Assembly (NCBI GenBank): GCA_965240325.2
Contig: OZ251223.1
Span: 372,001-436,000 of the forward strand
Source: Rebecca billardiae RCC1528
Lineage: Eukaryota; Protista; Haptophyta
DNA: 64,000 nucleotides
Reading direction: 5' to 3'
Shown here: positions 48,036 to 60,622 of the stretch, piece after piece
How the letters are laid out: each line of letters opens with the position of its first letter
Numbering within the stretch: the stretch's first letter is position 1
Notes under the pieces: model-generated
What the model was told of the DNA's origin: nothing
Database searches by the model: none
Seen by the model: the letters and a program-made list of their open reading frames with translations, nothing else
Translations under genes and position numbers: made by a program

Positions 48036-48066
<31 letters not shown>

Positions 48067-49374
48067 GGCGGCGGCGGCGGCGGGCGCAGCGTGCCCAAGA
48101 ACGCCAGCGAGGCCCGCGAGCTGCTCCTCGGCCTGCCGCCCTTCCAGTTCTACATCGTGATCGGCGTGGCCGCGCTCACCCTCCTGTGCGCCGCCTTCTG
48201 CGTGCTGCGGTGCATCTCGCGGCGCAACAAGCGCAAGGCTGAGGCGTACAAGGCGCAGAAGGCGCGCGAGGCGGAGCAGAAGGCGCAGCTCGCCTCGGCG
48301 CGCGCGCCGCGGCACTCGGACGTCGAGCTGACCAACGACGTGCTCGCCTTCATCGAGTCGCCCACGCCGCGCGGCGGGCCCACGCCGCGCGGCGGCGCGG
48401 ACGGGCGCGCCGCGCGCCAGTCGAGGCCGTCGCGGCCGCCCGAGAGCGGCCGGGGCCCGCGCAGGTCAGTGCCCGGCGGCGCGTCGCAGGGTCCGTACGA
48501 TCGCGAGCCCCGGCGCTCTGCGCCCGGGGGGCCTCACGAGATCTACGACCTGCGCTCGCCGGCGCAGGGCCACGCGGCGCACGGGCAGCGGCTGGCGCGC
48601 GAGAGCGCGTCGGGGCGCGGCGCCGCGCGCCCGCCGCCGCCCAAGCCGCCGGCGCTGGACGAGCATGAGCTGGCGAGGCAGCTCGCGCGGCAGGAGCAGA
48701 TGGAGGACGAGATCACGCTCGAGATTCTAGCGCACATCGACTCGCCCACGCCGCGCGGCCCCGCCGAGCCGGCGCAGCGGCGACAGCCCCGCCTGTCTGA
48801 CCGCAGCGCGGGCGGTCGCAGGCCCGAGCGACTGTCGGAGCCGCCGGCCGAAGGGCGCCGGCCCAAGCGCCCCACGCTCGAGATCCTGGATGCCATCGAC
48901 GCGCCGACGCCGCGCGAGCCTGCCGAGCAGGCGCGTCGCCAGCCGCGCCAGTCCGAGCGCAGTGGCGGCGGCCGGCGGCCCGAGCGGCCCTCGGACGCGC
49001 GGCGCGCCAGCCGGCCGTCCGACGCGCAGCGCCAGCACCGCACGTCGACGCCGCCGGGCGCCGACCGAGCGCGCTCCGGCTCGGGCGGCGGCGGCCGCCG
49101 GCCGTCCGACCCGCAGCGCCAGCACCGCGCCTCCACGCCGCCGGGCGCCGACCGAGCGCGCTCCGGCTCGGGCGGCGGCGGCCGCGGGCCGACACCGTCG
49201 GGCGGCCGCGGGCCGCCGCCGGGCAGCGGTGGGCGTGGCGGTGGGCGCGACGGCAGCGATCCGCGTGGGCGCCCGCCGCCGGGCGCGGCAAATGACCGCG
49301 CGCGCCCGCAGCCGCGGCAGCAGGCGCCCAACGGCCGGCCGCCGTCGAACGCGCGAGGACGGCTCGAGGCGTGA
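44515..49374 (+). CDS. ADAM-like membrane metalloprotease (M12B) with Cys-rich/disintegrin-like repeats, SPPP stalk, TM helix and long tail
   Basis: Signal peptide, prodomain, RRL site. HEVGHNFAAEH...GIMD is restored by removing intron 46022-46216. CGNG..E..E.CDD x3; TM FYIVIGVAALTLLCAAFCVL. Confidence 0.85.
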
Positions 49375-50748
49375 CCGCGCAGGCGGCGCGCGCTTCGGCC
49401 AGTGCAGTCCGGCGGCTCATCCGATCGGCGCAGTCGAGCCGGCCGGCTGTCATAGTCGGCCCGTGGCGCTCGCGCATCTGGCACGGCCGAGTGGCCGCCC
49501 GTTCTGCGTCCGTTCCGGCCGTCTGCACGGCGGCGCCCGTCCGCCGCGGTCTGACTCGGGCCGCTGACGACTGCCGGGACCGCGCGCCCTAAGCGGCTGG
49601 CGCAAGCACTTGGGCCGTGGCCGCGTTAGCAGCCGCACGCGGTCCGAGCCGCGCCCGCGCGGCCGGCGCGGCGCGGCCCGCACGGCGGTCCCGCTCAGTG
49701 AGTCAGTTCGGCACTAGGCTGCCACTTAGTACCCACTAGCTTAGCCTTCAGTAGCCGCGAGTCCGCGTGGTCCGAAGAGTGAGTTCGCGGGCGCGCCGCG
49801 GCCGCGGCGGCGCCCGCAGCGGCGACGGCAGCCGCCTGCGCGCGTCCGTGTAACTGTAAATGACTGTCGGCATTCTGCCTGAGAAGTCGGAGACTTTCGG
49901 AGCACGGGCTGCCATCCGATCAGTAGTTCAGTACGGCCCGAGCCGCCGGCCGTGGGCCGAGGCACTCGGGCCGTACAACCGCCGGGAGTGCCGCCCACGC
50001 TACCGAGACCCGCAAGCGGAGTGAGTGAGAGTCGGCCAAGCCCCCGCGCAGGCAGTTACAGACGGACGCGCACACAGCACGCGCATGATGATGACGATAC
50101 ATTCAAGTGCCTGAATCGGATTGAGTGAGTCGGCCGGTCGCCGGCCGCGGAGTCACCCGGCCGGCGAGCGGCGTCGGTCCCGAGCCGCCACCGGTTGCCT
50201 GATGGCTGATACCATGTGATGATGATTACAAGCGAGGACCGGCAGCTGAATGGCATGCACACTGCGCCGCCGGAGCCAAGGTTTGGCTCTGGATCCTTCC
50301 GACCACCATGCTGATTGTGAGCATCGTGGCTCGCGCGCGCCGCGCGTGCTCGTGTGCTTGATGCCGCGGTTTGGCGGTCGGGAGGCGGGAGCGGTCCCGG
50401 ACCCACGCCGACCGGGACGGGCCGTGCTCCGCCGCAGTTCACGCCGTTCGGAAGTTGGAAGAGGGGGTATCTCGTTTCGTACAAACTCGGGTTCCCCGCG
50501 CGCGCGCGGCTCTCCATTATTGGTCGGCACGAACCCGAAGCTTGTATGTGCGGGTATATGGCATATGTGTGCAAAATACCCGTCTATGTGTCGGAAGCGA
50601 TTGATCTATGGCGAAAAGCGGCGGCGAAACTTACAAACGCACGGGGCGCGTGTGCGCAGGCACCGGTCCTGCTCGAGCGACCGCGACGTCGTCGGCTTTT
50701 TGCCGCGCATGTTCTGCGGCTGCAAGCTCAAGTTGCTGCAGTGCCGAG

Positions 50749-53700
50749 ATGCAGCTTTCGATCGCGGCGCGCGCCGTGTTGCACGCCGCGGCGCTCGGCC
50801 TCGGCGGTGTGCTCGCGGTGCTCGCGGTGCTCGCGCTCGCGCTCGCGGTGTGGGCCCTCGTCCTCCGCCGCCGCAAGCCCGCGCCCCAGCTGCCCGCCGA
50901 CTACCATGAGCTGCAGCCGTCGACGTCGGTGTACATCTCGTCGGTTGCGTTCTACATCTTCCTCGTCGCGCGCGCGATCACGCTCGACCTGATCGACCGC
51001 GCGCTCGCCGCGCTGCCGTGGCGTCGGCGCGCGCCCGACGCCGCGCCCGAGCCCGTCCGCCGCGGCCCGCCGCTCAAGAGCGGGCTGCAGGACCTGTACG
51101 AGCGGCGCATGTACGGGCGGATTTCGGACACGTTCAATCGGCCGATCACCGGCGAGGCGGGCGCGGAGGTGACGGTGCTCGCGCGCGAGTGGAGCCGGAC
51201 GACGGGCGAGCTGGAGCTCACGGGCGAGCAGATCCGCTGCATCAACCTCGGCTCGTATAACTACCTCGGCTTTGGCGGCTGCGACGAGATCTGCACGCCC
51301 GAGGTGCTGCGCGTGGTGTCCGAGCACGGCACCGGCACCAACTCGACGCGCGCGGAGGTGGGCACGTCGGCGCTGCACGTCGAGTTCGAGCGGGAGATCG
51401 CGCGCTTCATCGGCAAGGAGGCCGCGATCACGCTGGGCATGGGCTTCGCCACCAACTCGACGATGATCCCGACGCTCGTCGACGCGGACGGCGACGGGCG
51501 CGGCGTGCTCGTCCTGTCTGACGCGCTCAACCACTCGTCCATCATCGAGGTGCGCGGCGCGAGCGGTGGGCGGGCGGGCGGCAGGGCGGGGTGACGGCGT
51601 CGGGTTCGGCGCGCGCCAGCCGCGCCGAAGGGAGGGCGCGCGGGAGCGCGGAGTGGGGCGCGCGCGCGCGCACAAACGCGCGCGCCTGACTTTGCCCGCG
51701 CGCGCCGCCGCGCCGCGCGCGCGCTCTCTCGCGCGCAGGGCGTGCGCGCGTCGGGCGCGTGCGTCATGCCCTTCGTGCACAACTCGATGATCGACCTCGA
51801 GGCCAAGCTGCGCGACGCGCGCGCGCGCGGCCAGCCGCGCTCGGGCGCGCCGTGGCGCAAGATCATCGTGATCGTCGAGGGCATCTACTCGATGGAGGGC
51901 GAGTTCTGCCGCCTGCGCGAGGTGGTCGCGCTCAAGGACGCGTACGGGGCGTTCCTGTACCTCGACGAGGCGCACTCGATCGGCGCGATCGGCCCGACGG
52001 GGCGCGGCGTCGCCGAGCTGTTCGGCGTGCCGCCGTCGCAGATCGACGTGATGATGGGCACCTTCACCAAGTCGTTTGGCTCGGTGGGAGGGTACATCGC
52101 CGCGTCGGCGGCGGTGATCGAGACGCTGCGCGCGCGCTCGCAGGGCGCGCTCTTCGCCAGCGCCATGTCGCTGCCCGCCGTGCAGCAGGTGCTCTCCTCC
52201 GTGCGCGTGATCTCGCAGGCCGACGGGCCGGGCACCAAGGCGGCGGCGCTCGGCCGCGCCAAGCTCGAGGCGCTGCGCGAGAACACGGCCTACTTCCGGC
52301 GCGCTCTTGTCGAGATGGGCTGCGAAGTGCTCGGCGACGACGGCTCGCCCGTCGTGCCCATCATGATCTACCACCCCGAGAAGATGGCCCTCTTCTCGCG
52401 GGAGATGCTCTCCCGCGGCATCGCCGTCGTCGTCGTCGGCTACCCGGCGACGCCGCTCCTGCTCTCGCGCGTCCGCTTCTGCATCTCCGCGGCGCACACG
52501 CGCGCGCAGCTCGATTATGCGCTCGGCGCGATCCGCGACGCGTGCCGCCGGCTGCGCATGTTCTACGCCGCCGACGCGAGCGCGTCGGCGGAGCAGGCGG
52601 CGCGCGCGGCCGAGCGCGCGGACCGGCTGCTGCACGCGCCGCTCGAGCTGCCCAACGCGGCCGAGATCGCCACCTCGCTGCCGGCGTGGGCGCCCGAGCC
52701 GCTCGCCGACTCGCGCCGCCGGTCAGGCTCGGCCGCGCCGCGCTCGCCGCCGCCGCCGCCGCCCGCGCTGCTGCCGCCGCCCGCGGCGGTGCCGCAGCAG
52801 CCGTCGATGCAGCTGCGCGCGCTCGCCGCGAGCGCCGCCGCGAGCGCCGCCGCCGCCGCCGCCGCCGCCGTCCCCTCGCCCACGTCGTCGGGCGCCTCGC
52901 CGCGCGGCTCGGCCGCGCCGTCGTCCGTGCTCGCCGCGCACGACCCGCTCGGCCTGCGCGCAGACCGGAGCCTGCGCGATGTCGCGACGCGCACCATCGA
53001 GCAGTACGGCGTGGGCACGTGCGGCCCGCGCGCGTTCTACGGCACGCTAGACCTGCACCTGCAGCTCGAGGCGGAGCTGGCGGCGTTCTGCCGCACCGAG
53101 AAGGCGATCGTGTACTCCAAGGGCGTCGCCACGTTCTCGTCGGTCCTCCCCGCCTTTGCCAAGCGCGCTGACTGCGTGTTCGTCGACTCGGCCGCGTATG
53201 CGGTGCCGCGCGTGCGCACGGGTATCGAGCTGTCGCGCGCGCGCGTGCGCGTGTACCCCACGGGCGACATGGGCGCGTTGCGCACGCTGCTCGAGCAGGT
53301 GGAGGCGGCGGACGCGCGCGCGCCGCCGGCCAAGGTGGGCCGTCGCTTCATCGTCACCGAGGGCGTGTGCTCCTCTTCCGGCGAGGTCGCGCCGCTGCCG
53401 CGGCTGAGCGCGCTGCGCGACCGGTACGGCTGTTACCTCTTCGTGGACGAGACACACTCGTTCGGCGTGCTCGGCGCGAAGGGGCGCGGGCTCGCCGAGC
53501 ACTGGGGGCTGCCCGCCTCGGCGGTGGACGCGGTGGTGGGCTCGCTCGAGCACGCGCTCGGCTCGGTCGGCGGCTTCTGCGCTGGCTCGCAGCAGATAGT
53601 GCGGCAGCAGCGGCTGTTCGCGACCGGCTACATCTTTTCTGCGTCGCTGCCAGCGTACTGCTGCGCGGTGGCGAGCGCGGCGCTGCGGATCCTCGACGCG

Positions 53701-56025
53701 CAGCCCGAGCGCGCGGCGGCGGCGCGCGCGCGCGCGCGAGTGCTGCGCACCGAGCTCGTCGGCAGCGGCGTCGTCGGCAGCCGCGCGCTCGAGCTCAGTG
53801 GCGGCGACGCGAATTGCGTGCACGTGCGCGCGCCCGCGGCGGGCTCTGACCCGGCGGAGCAGCGCGCGGCGCTGGAGCGCGTCGCGGCGCGCGCGGCGCG
53901 CGAGCACGGCCTGCAGCTCGTCGTCGCGCCGGTCTGCCCGCTCGCCGCCGCCGGCCCGCCGCCGCCGCCGCCGGGCGGCGGGCGGCCGCGCGCCGACTCG
54001 GCGACGGTGGCGCCGCCGCAGCCTCCACTGTCACCCGCGGCGAGCGCGCGCGCGCGCGCGGCGCCCGCGCCATCGCTCCGGCTGACGCCGACGGGCGCGC
54101 TCACCGACGCCGAGCTGAGCGCTGCCGTGCGCGCGCTCGCGAGCGCGCTCGCCGCCGAGCTGCGCGCGGCCCGGCCCGCGGCCGACGCCGAGGCGCGCCG
54201 CGCGCCGGAAGGCGTGAGCCTGCTCAAGCTGCCGGCCGCGGCGGCGGCGACGGCGGCGTTGCCGGGCGCGGCGGCGGGCGCCATCGCGGCGGCGCAGCGC
54301 ACGGCCGCTGAGGACGTGGACGCGGCGTCGGACGCGAGCGCCAACTCCGCCGGCTCGGACGCGGACGGCACGGGCGGCGCAGCGCCCAAGCGGGGCGGCG
54401 GTACCGCCGCCGCCCGCGCCGCCGCCGCCGCCGCCGCCGCGCGCCCATCAGATGTTGAGACGCCACTCAGTCTGGCGCTCGGGTTTGCACGGCGCGGCGC
54501 GCACGCGTACCTGCGCGGGCAGGCGGAGTGGGGCTCGCGCGCGCTGCTCCCGCGCATCCAGGCGTCGTGCGCCTCGCCGCTCGCCAAGCGGCTGTTTGGC
54601 GCAATGGCCGTGCTCGGCTCTGAAGCTTTCTACGTCGCGGCCTTCCCCGCACTTATCTGGGCGGAGGCGGAGGCGGGCACCTGTGCCGGCGCTGACGCCG
54701 GGTCGGCAGAGGTTGGGGCGGACGAGGGGAGGGCGGTGCACTCCGCGCTGGCGCGCACGCTCGTCCTCTTCTTCTCCGCGTCCGTCGTCGTCGGGAACGT
54801 GCTCAAGGTGTCGGTCGCGCTCCCGCGCCCGACGCACCCGCGCGCGGGCGGCGAGCCCGCCGCGGCCGAGGCGCTGCCGCCTGTTGACGAGGGCTGGAAC
54901 CGCGATTACGCTTGGCCCTCCATCTCGGCGATGAACTCGGTGCGCGCCAGGGGTAGGGGGTTCGGGGCTGGGGCGCCGCCGCCGCGCGTGTGCCGCCGCC
55001 GGGGAGCGCCGCGCTCCTTCCCGCGCGCGGCGGCGGCGCGGCCCGCTGAGCCCCACGCGCCCCCTTCCGACCGCCGCCGCCGCCGCCCCGCGCGGACCGC
55101 GCCGCGCCGCCCGCCCCTCGCCCGCCCGCCCGCCCGCCCTGCGCAGATCGCCCTTCCCTTCTTCGTCCTCCGCTTCCATTTCGGCTCCACGTACCTGTGG
55201 AACCAGACGTCGCCGCTCACGTCGGTGGCGCTCTACACCGCTGCGTTCATCTGGGCCGCGGGCATCTGCGGCTCGCGCCTCGTCGCCGGCGCGGCGACGC
55301 CCGCGGACGTCCAGGGAGGGATGATGATCGGCGCGTTTTTGGTGCGGCTCTCGTTGCCTCACCACGAAGCCCTGCTCAGCTGGCTGATGGCGCCGGACTC
55401 GACGATGCTCGGGGGGCTCAGCCTCGAGGCCGGGCTGCCGCTCGCCGCGGCCGCGCTGCTGATCGTCCACCCAGTCACGCCCGACGACCCGCGCGGCTCC
55501 TACTCCGTGATCAACTCCGCCAAGGTCCGAGCCGCGCCGAGCGCGTCCGAACACGCGCGCACGCCGTCTGCGCCGAGCGCCGAGCGGGCGCGCGCGCGCC
55601 GCGCAGCGTCTGGACGCGCGCTCACGCGCCGCCCGGTCTGCGATGCCCCTGCGCCACCCGCGCGGCGCGCTCGGTGCCGCCAGGCTCTCGGCTTCTCCAC
55701 CGCCTTCGCGCTGGGCACGCGCGCGCGCGCGCTGGCCGCGGCCACGAGCGTCGTCGCCGCCGCCGCGTCCGCCGCCACGCGCTCGGCCGGCGCGTGCCGA
55801 GCCGCCGCCGGCCTCGTCGCGATGGCGGCGACGCTGCGCGCGACGCACGGCGCGCGCCGTGCCATCACCAAGCGCGCGCACTCCGCGCTCGGCGTGCCGG
55901 GCAAGGCCATCGCCTGCGCGGTCGAGTACGCGCTGCTCGGCGCGCTCGTCTCCCTGTGGATCCCGCAGGCGCTCGAGCACGGCGCCAACGTGATGCGCGC
56001 CATCGACGTGCTGCCGTACGTCTGA
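50749..56025 (+). CDS. Single-chain serine palmitoyltransferase LCB2-LCB1 fused to a PAP2/sphingoid-phosphate-phosphatase-like domain
   Basis: LCB2: NLGSYNYLGF, DEAHSIGA, GTFTKSFG (PLP Lys). LCB1: YGVGTCGPRAFYGTLDLH, GSLEHALG, GYIFSASLP. PAP2: LKVSVALPRP, SRL..D. Introns 51550-51738, 54940-55146, 55525-55683. Confidence 0.9.
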
Positions 56026-56365
56026 GTCAGCGGCCTGGCCGCTTGTCGGAACTAGCTCATGTCCGAACTACGACTTTTGACGAAAGAGGCCGCGCGATGA
56101 CGCCACAGACGACATCACATCATAATCAGCAGCAGAGAGTCACGCGGTCTGCCCTCCGACTCCGTCAGTCCGTGAACTCCGTGATGACTGATGCCGATCG
56201 ATGGGCCGGAACGTCGGCGACAGATGTCACTTGTCAGATGTGAGATGCCCGTCTGCCGTCACATCTGATCATCACTGATGATGCCGTGGTCGGGCCGTAC
56301 TATACGTACGTAGGATGACTCGTCTAAATAAATAATACCCGCCATCAGTCCGCCGGGAGACATTT

Positions 56366-56682
56366 TCGCATATATATATGTACACAAGTGTCCGGAACGC
56401 CTCCCGGCCTGCATGCTGAAATCTGAGTAGCTAAGGGACGGGTCGTAATTACATTCGGCCGGTAAAATAAATAGAGTCTGAACCTATTGGGAGCGGTGGT
56501 CGGATGCCCGCCCATTACTTCTCGCGTTGAAGTCGTCATCACTATCGGGGGTCGGAACTCGGAAGGGACTCTGCTGCATGGTCCGCTTGGTTGACTTCGG
56601 CTCGGGGCCAAGACTCGTAAGTAACGGAGCCGTGGGGGGGGTGGACCGGCTGACGCCGGAGGCCCGAGCAAGGGCGTACTAG
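56366..56682 (+). mobile_element. Possible small non-autonomous Helitron
   Basis: AT-richer segment starting tcgcatatatatat and ending with hairpins ccggc-tgac-gccgg and gccc-gagcaa-gggc, then CTAG|T; 5' flank is not the canonical A. Confidence 0.3.
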
Positions 56683-57206
56683 TATCATAGAATGAGTATA
56701 TATACTATATAGTGTCTATCACGTAGTATGGGTCAAGAATATTGCCGCTTTTTGACGCGATATAGTGTGTCAACAGCAATATTGCCCCTCAAATACGTAT
56801 ACTGCGCTGGCGGTTTCAAAAAACCAATCGGACGAGCCGCCTTCGGCAGCGCGCGTGCCTCCGAGCGCGGGGCGGCCGCTTGCTGCAATGGCCGCCTCGA
56901 TGAGGTGCGGCAACGCGCCCCTCACCTGCCTGCGCCGGTCTGTTTTGTGGCGGTGTCTTTGTGCAGTGTTGGATGGCGTCAATCACGCCTTAACCAAGTG
57001 TGCACGTTAAAACATAGTAAACTGTAGTCTGTACACTGAATCGGCTATGAGCACGCGGACCGTCTACGGCCGCCACTGATTCGGTCTGCCTATGCGACGA
57101 CTGTGTCGTTCGGCGTCGCCGCCGACTACTTGCCGGGTGCCGTGTCTGCGTTGCGCAGCATCGTCATCGCGATCGTCATCATCCGCGCACTACTCATCTG
57201 TCAGTG

Positions 57207-58786
57207 TCAGAGCAGAGTTGCGGTAGTACCGGCCGCCGCCTGTGGCGCAGCGTCCTTGACCGTGGCCGTGGGCGTGTCACCTGCTGGCACGCTCCGCGTC
57301 GGGCCGCCAGCCCGGGGCCGCGGGCTGCTCGTACTGCGGCCGAAAAGGCCGAGCATCTTGGCGCCCGCAGAACCGGACCCCCGCTGGTCGCGCGTGAGCG
57401 TGAGCTTGTACCGAATGGTCTGCTTGTCCGCTTCGCCCTCCTTGTGCGCCTCGAGCTGCACGCCGGCGCGCGTGAACTCGGGCTCGTGCTTCGCCGCGAC
57501 CTCTGTCACATCCGCCAGCAGTGCCTCCATGGCGGAGAACTCGCCGCCGCCCCCTGGGATCAGGCTGCAGCAGGCGCAGCAGCAGACGAAGCCCACGCCG
57601 CCGCCCCACACGCCACCGACCGGTCCCAGGCCGATGTGCACCCAATACAGGATCGTCGTGAGCAAGGCGAGGACCCACGCGACCCCAGCGCCCACCAGCA
57701 GCGCCGCCACGCCCGCCTCGCAATACAACGACGACCTGGCGACGGCAGTCTGGTACTTGTCCGCCTTGGGCACGGCATCTGCCGTGAACGCGCGCCACGC
57801 GTCGATGGCTGTTGCGCGTCGCGTGTCGGCGGTGGGCGGTGGGATGTGTGCGCGCGGCGGCACGCAGGGTGCAGGGGCGCGCTGGTCAGCCGAGGTACGG
57901 GCGGCGCACGCGCTCGGCGGCCACTCGCTCGCTGGCTGGTCGGCTGGCTGGCTGAATCTGCGCGCCCGCATCCGGACCAGGCACACAAGGATGGAGCCGC
58001 GCGCGCGCCGATGCGGCCGTCTCTGCCTTCCTCTGTCGGCGCAGCGGCGCGCGCGCTCGATGCGCGAGCGCGGCGGCGCGCACAGATGAGGCCAATGAGC
58101 TGGCTGGGCAGGGGCGCGTACGAGGTGTCCTTCGCATCGATGTAGACCTCCTCGCCTGCCTTCGCGCCCCCGGACGCCGCCGGCCTCGCCGCGCCCTCAC
58201 CGCCCTCGAGCCTCACCTCCACCTCCGCCTCAGCGGTCGGCCCTCCCTTCAGCCCAGCGCACGCCGCCTGCAGCCGCGCGGTGCGCACGGCCAGGAAGTA
58301 GAGGCCGGCGGCGAGGAAGAACAGGCCGCCGCCAAGCGCGACATTGTAGCCGGTCCGATTGGAGATGCAGCTGATGGACCCCTCGGAGGCACCGTCGAAG
58401 AGGACGAGGGGAGTGCCAGGCGTCCGCAGGCAGGGGAAGCTGACGCCGGTGTCTACGAGCGCCGCCGCCATGGACTCTGCCGCGTCCTCGGAGTCGAGCT
58501 CGGCTGCGGCGGTCAGCGTCTCCCCATCGACGGCCACACGCTGCCAGACGCAGTAGGTATTTCCGTAGCGCCCATTGCGGCCGTGGAACGCGTTCGTGAT
58601 CGACGTGCACTGTGTCGCGACGGGCGGGTCATCGTAGCGTTCGAGGCTGGCGTGCCCGACGCCGTACATGGCGAGGCACGGCACGGCGACGAGGATAAGG
58701 GCGAGCGGCCTCCTGATGGCGATAGTGACCTCCGTCCAGTGCGCGAGGCGCGCGCGCAACCGCTCGGCTGTCGTTGTCTGCGCCAT
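57207..58786 (-). CDS. Uncharacterised multi-pass membrane protein
   Basis: Two coding-like ORFs joined by GT-AG intron 58083-57809; ~4 hydrophobic segments, Cys-containing loop, CCCACC cluster. Confidence 0.65.
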
Positions 58787-59045
58787 CGCGCGGACGGTGG
58801 CGTAAGCGCCGTGAACTTGCTTCGACGCCAACCAGGATACCGTTTTTCGGCGGGGTAACAGACTAACAGTCTGCTGCTCGTCATCGCTCCTCGCTCGTAC
58901 GCGGTAGGCGTAGCTACTAATACTAGTTACTAGCTACACACTGCGACGACTGAAGGTCTTGCGCGCACGAAGGCGGCGGCGAAAGCTCGCAGTCACAATA
59001 TGTCACAGCTGCGGCGCGGTGACTGAAAATCTCATGATGCCGATC

Positions 59046-60579
59046 TCACTTGGACTCCGCGGCAGCCATGCTCGCGCGCGCGAGCGTGCGCACCTGCGCC
59101 ATCACTGAGCGCCGATTTTCCATCGAGATGGGCAGACCCTGCCCGGCGGCCGGGCGCTTGGGCGACGCGCCGAAGCTGGCGGCGCTCGCGGCCCCCGAGT
59201 TCCAGCCCGCCAGGTGCTGCCGCCACATCAGGCCCTCGTCCACCTTGGAGAAGGACGCGCTGAGCGAGGCGCCCGCGCCGCTCAGTCGGCTGCTGCTTGG
59301 CGTGCGCTGCAGGCCGTCGTCGTCGCCGCCGCCGCCGCCGCCCGGCATGCTGTTGCTGAGGCGTTGGCTGCTGCTCAGCCGCTTGAAGCTGGACGAGGGC
59401 GAGGTGCCGACCGAGCTGCCGCCATCGGCCGGCGTGCCGGCCTGCCGCTCGTCGCCGCCCTCGTCCGCCCCCCGCAGCACCGCGCTCGCGCGCTGCGTGA
59501 GCGCAACGTTGAGCATTGACGAGTGCCGCCGCTGCACGACGGTCGCGAGCGCGCTCTTCATCTTCGAGCCGCCGCCGCCGGCGCCCTCGGCGGCGAGCTG
59601 CCACGCGGCGCTCTTCGAGGTGCTCAGCTTGGGGAACATGGCCGCTGACGTGCTCATCTTGGCGATGGCGAACTCCAGGTGCTTCTGGTCCGCGGCGTGC
59701 ACCGCGGTCCGGTCGGAGGCGACGTGCATCGCGCGCGCCTCGGCGAGCAGCTCGAGCAGGTTGGGCACCGCCGCGCACAGCTTCGGCGCGTGCTCCGCGT
59801 CCATGCGCAGCAGCCAGCTCGGCTCGCGCGAGACGACGCTCGCCGAGCGCGTGCGCTGCAGCCCGACCAGCGCCGTCTCACCGAGCACGGTCGCATGCCC
59901 GTCGCGCGTCTGTAGCGTTGCCACGTGCACGCCCTTGACGAAGCTGCCGTCGACGGACACGTCCACGCTGCCGCCCACGAGCACGTACAGCGCGTCCGAC
60001 ACCTCGCCCTGCGAGAACAGGGTCTCGTTCACGCCGAGCTTGACGACGTGGAAGAGCTGCGCGAGCGCGGCGCGCGCGGCCGCGCTACTCTCCAGAGCAG
60101 ACTCAAGCTCGCGCGTGCGCTTGAGTAAGCTCACCACAACCTCGCGCGCGCACGCGGTCGCCGCCGGCGGCGGCAGCGCGGAGCGCGGGATCAGCATGAG
60201 CGCGCAGCCGTCGGTGGCCGCGCGCGCCGTGGCGAGGCGCGGCATGACGCCGCAGCCCTCGAGGCCGAAGAGCGGTGCGGCGGCGCGCTGCTGCACACGC
60301 CGCTCGAGCACGTCCATCCGGCCGAGGTGGTCGCTCAGCTCGAGCCCGCCCGCGAGGAGCACGCCGACGGAGGTCGCCGCCACGCCCTCCCGGTACACGA
60401 CGTGGTGCCGCGCGTGCACGCTGAACCGCGCGGCGCCGCACAGCGCCTCGAGCTCAGCGCGGCCGAGCGAGGCGAAGACGGGCGTGGCGCGCAGCAGCGA
60501 CACAAAGCGCTCGAGCATCGCATGCTCGTCGGCCGCCGCGCCGTCGGCGTTGGCGCCGTCGTCGCCTGCGCCATCGGCG

Positions 60580-60622
<43 letters not shown>

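Noticed and set aside
7565-55683. Apparent excess of in-frame (3n) introns
   Set aside because: About 8 of 23 inferred introns are 3n, as expected by chance; lack of stops reflects GC content
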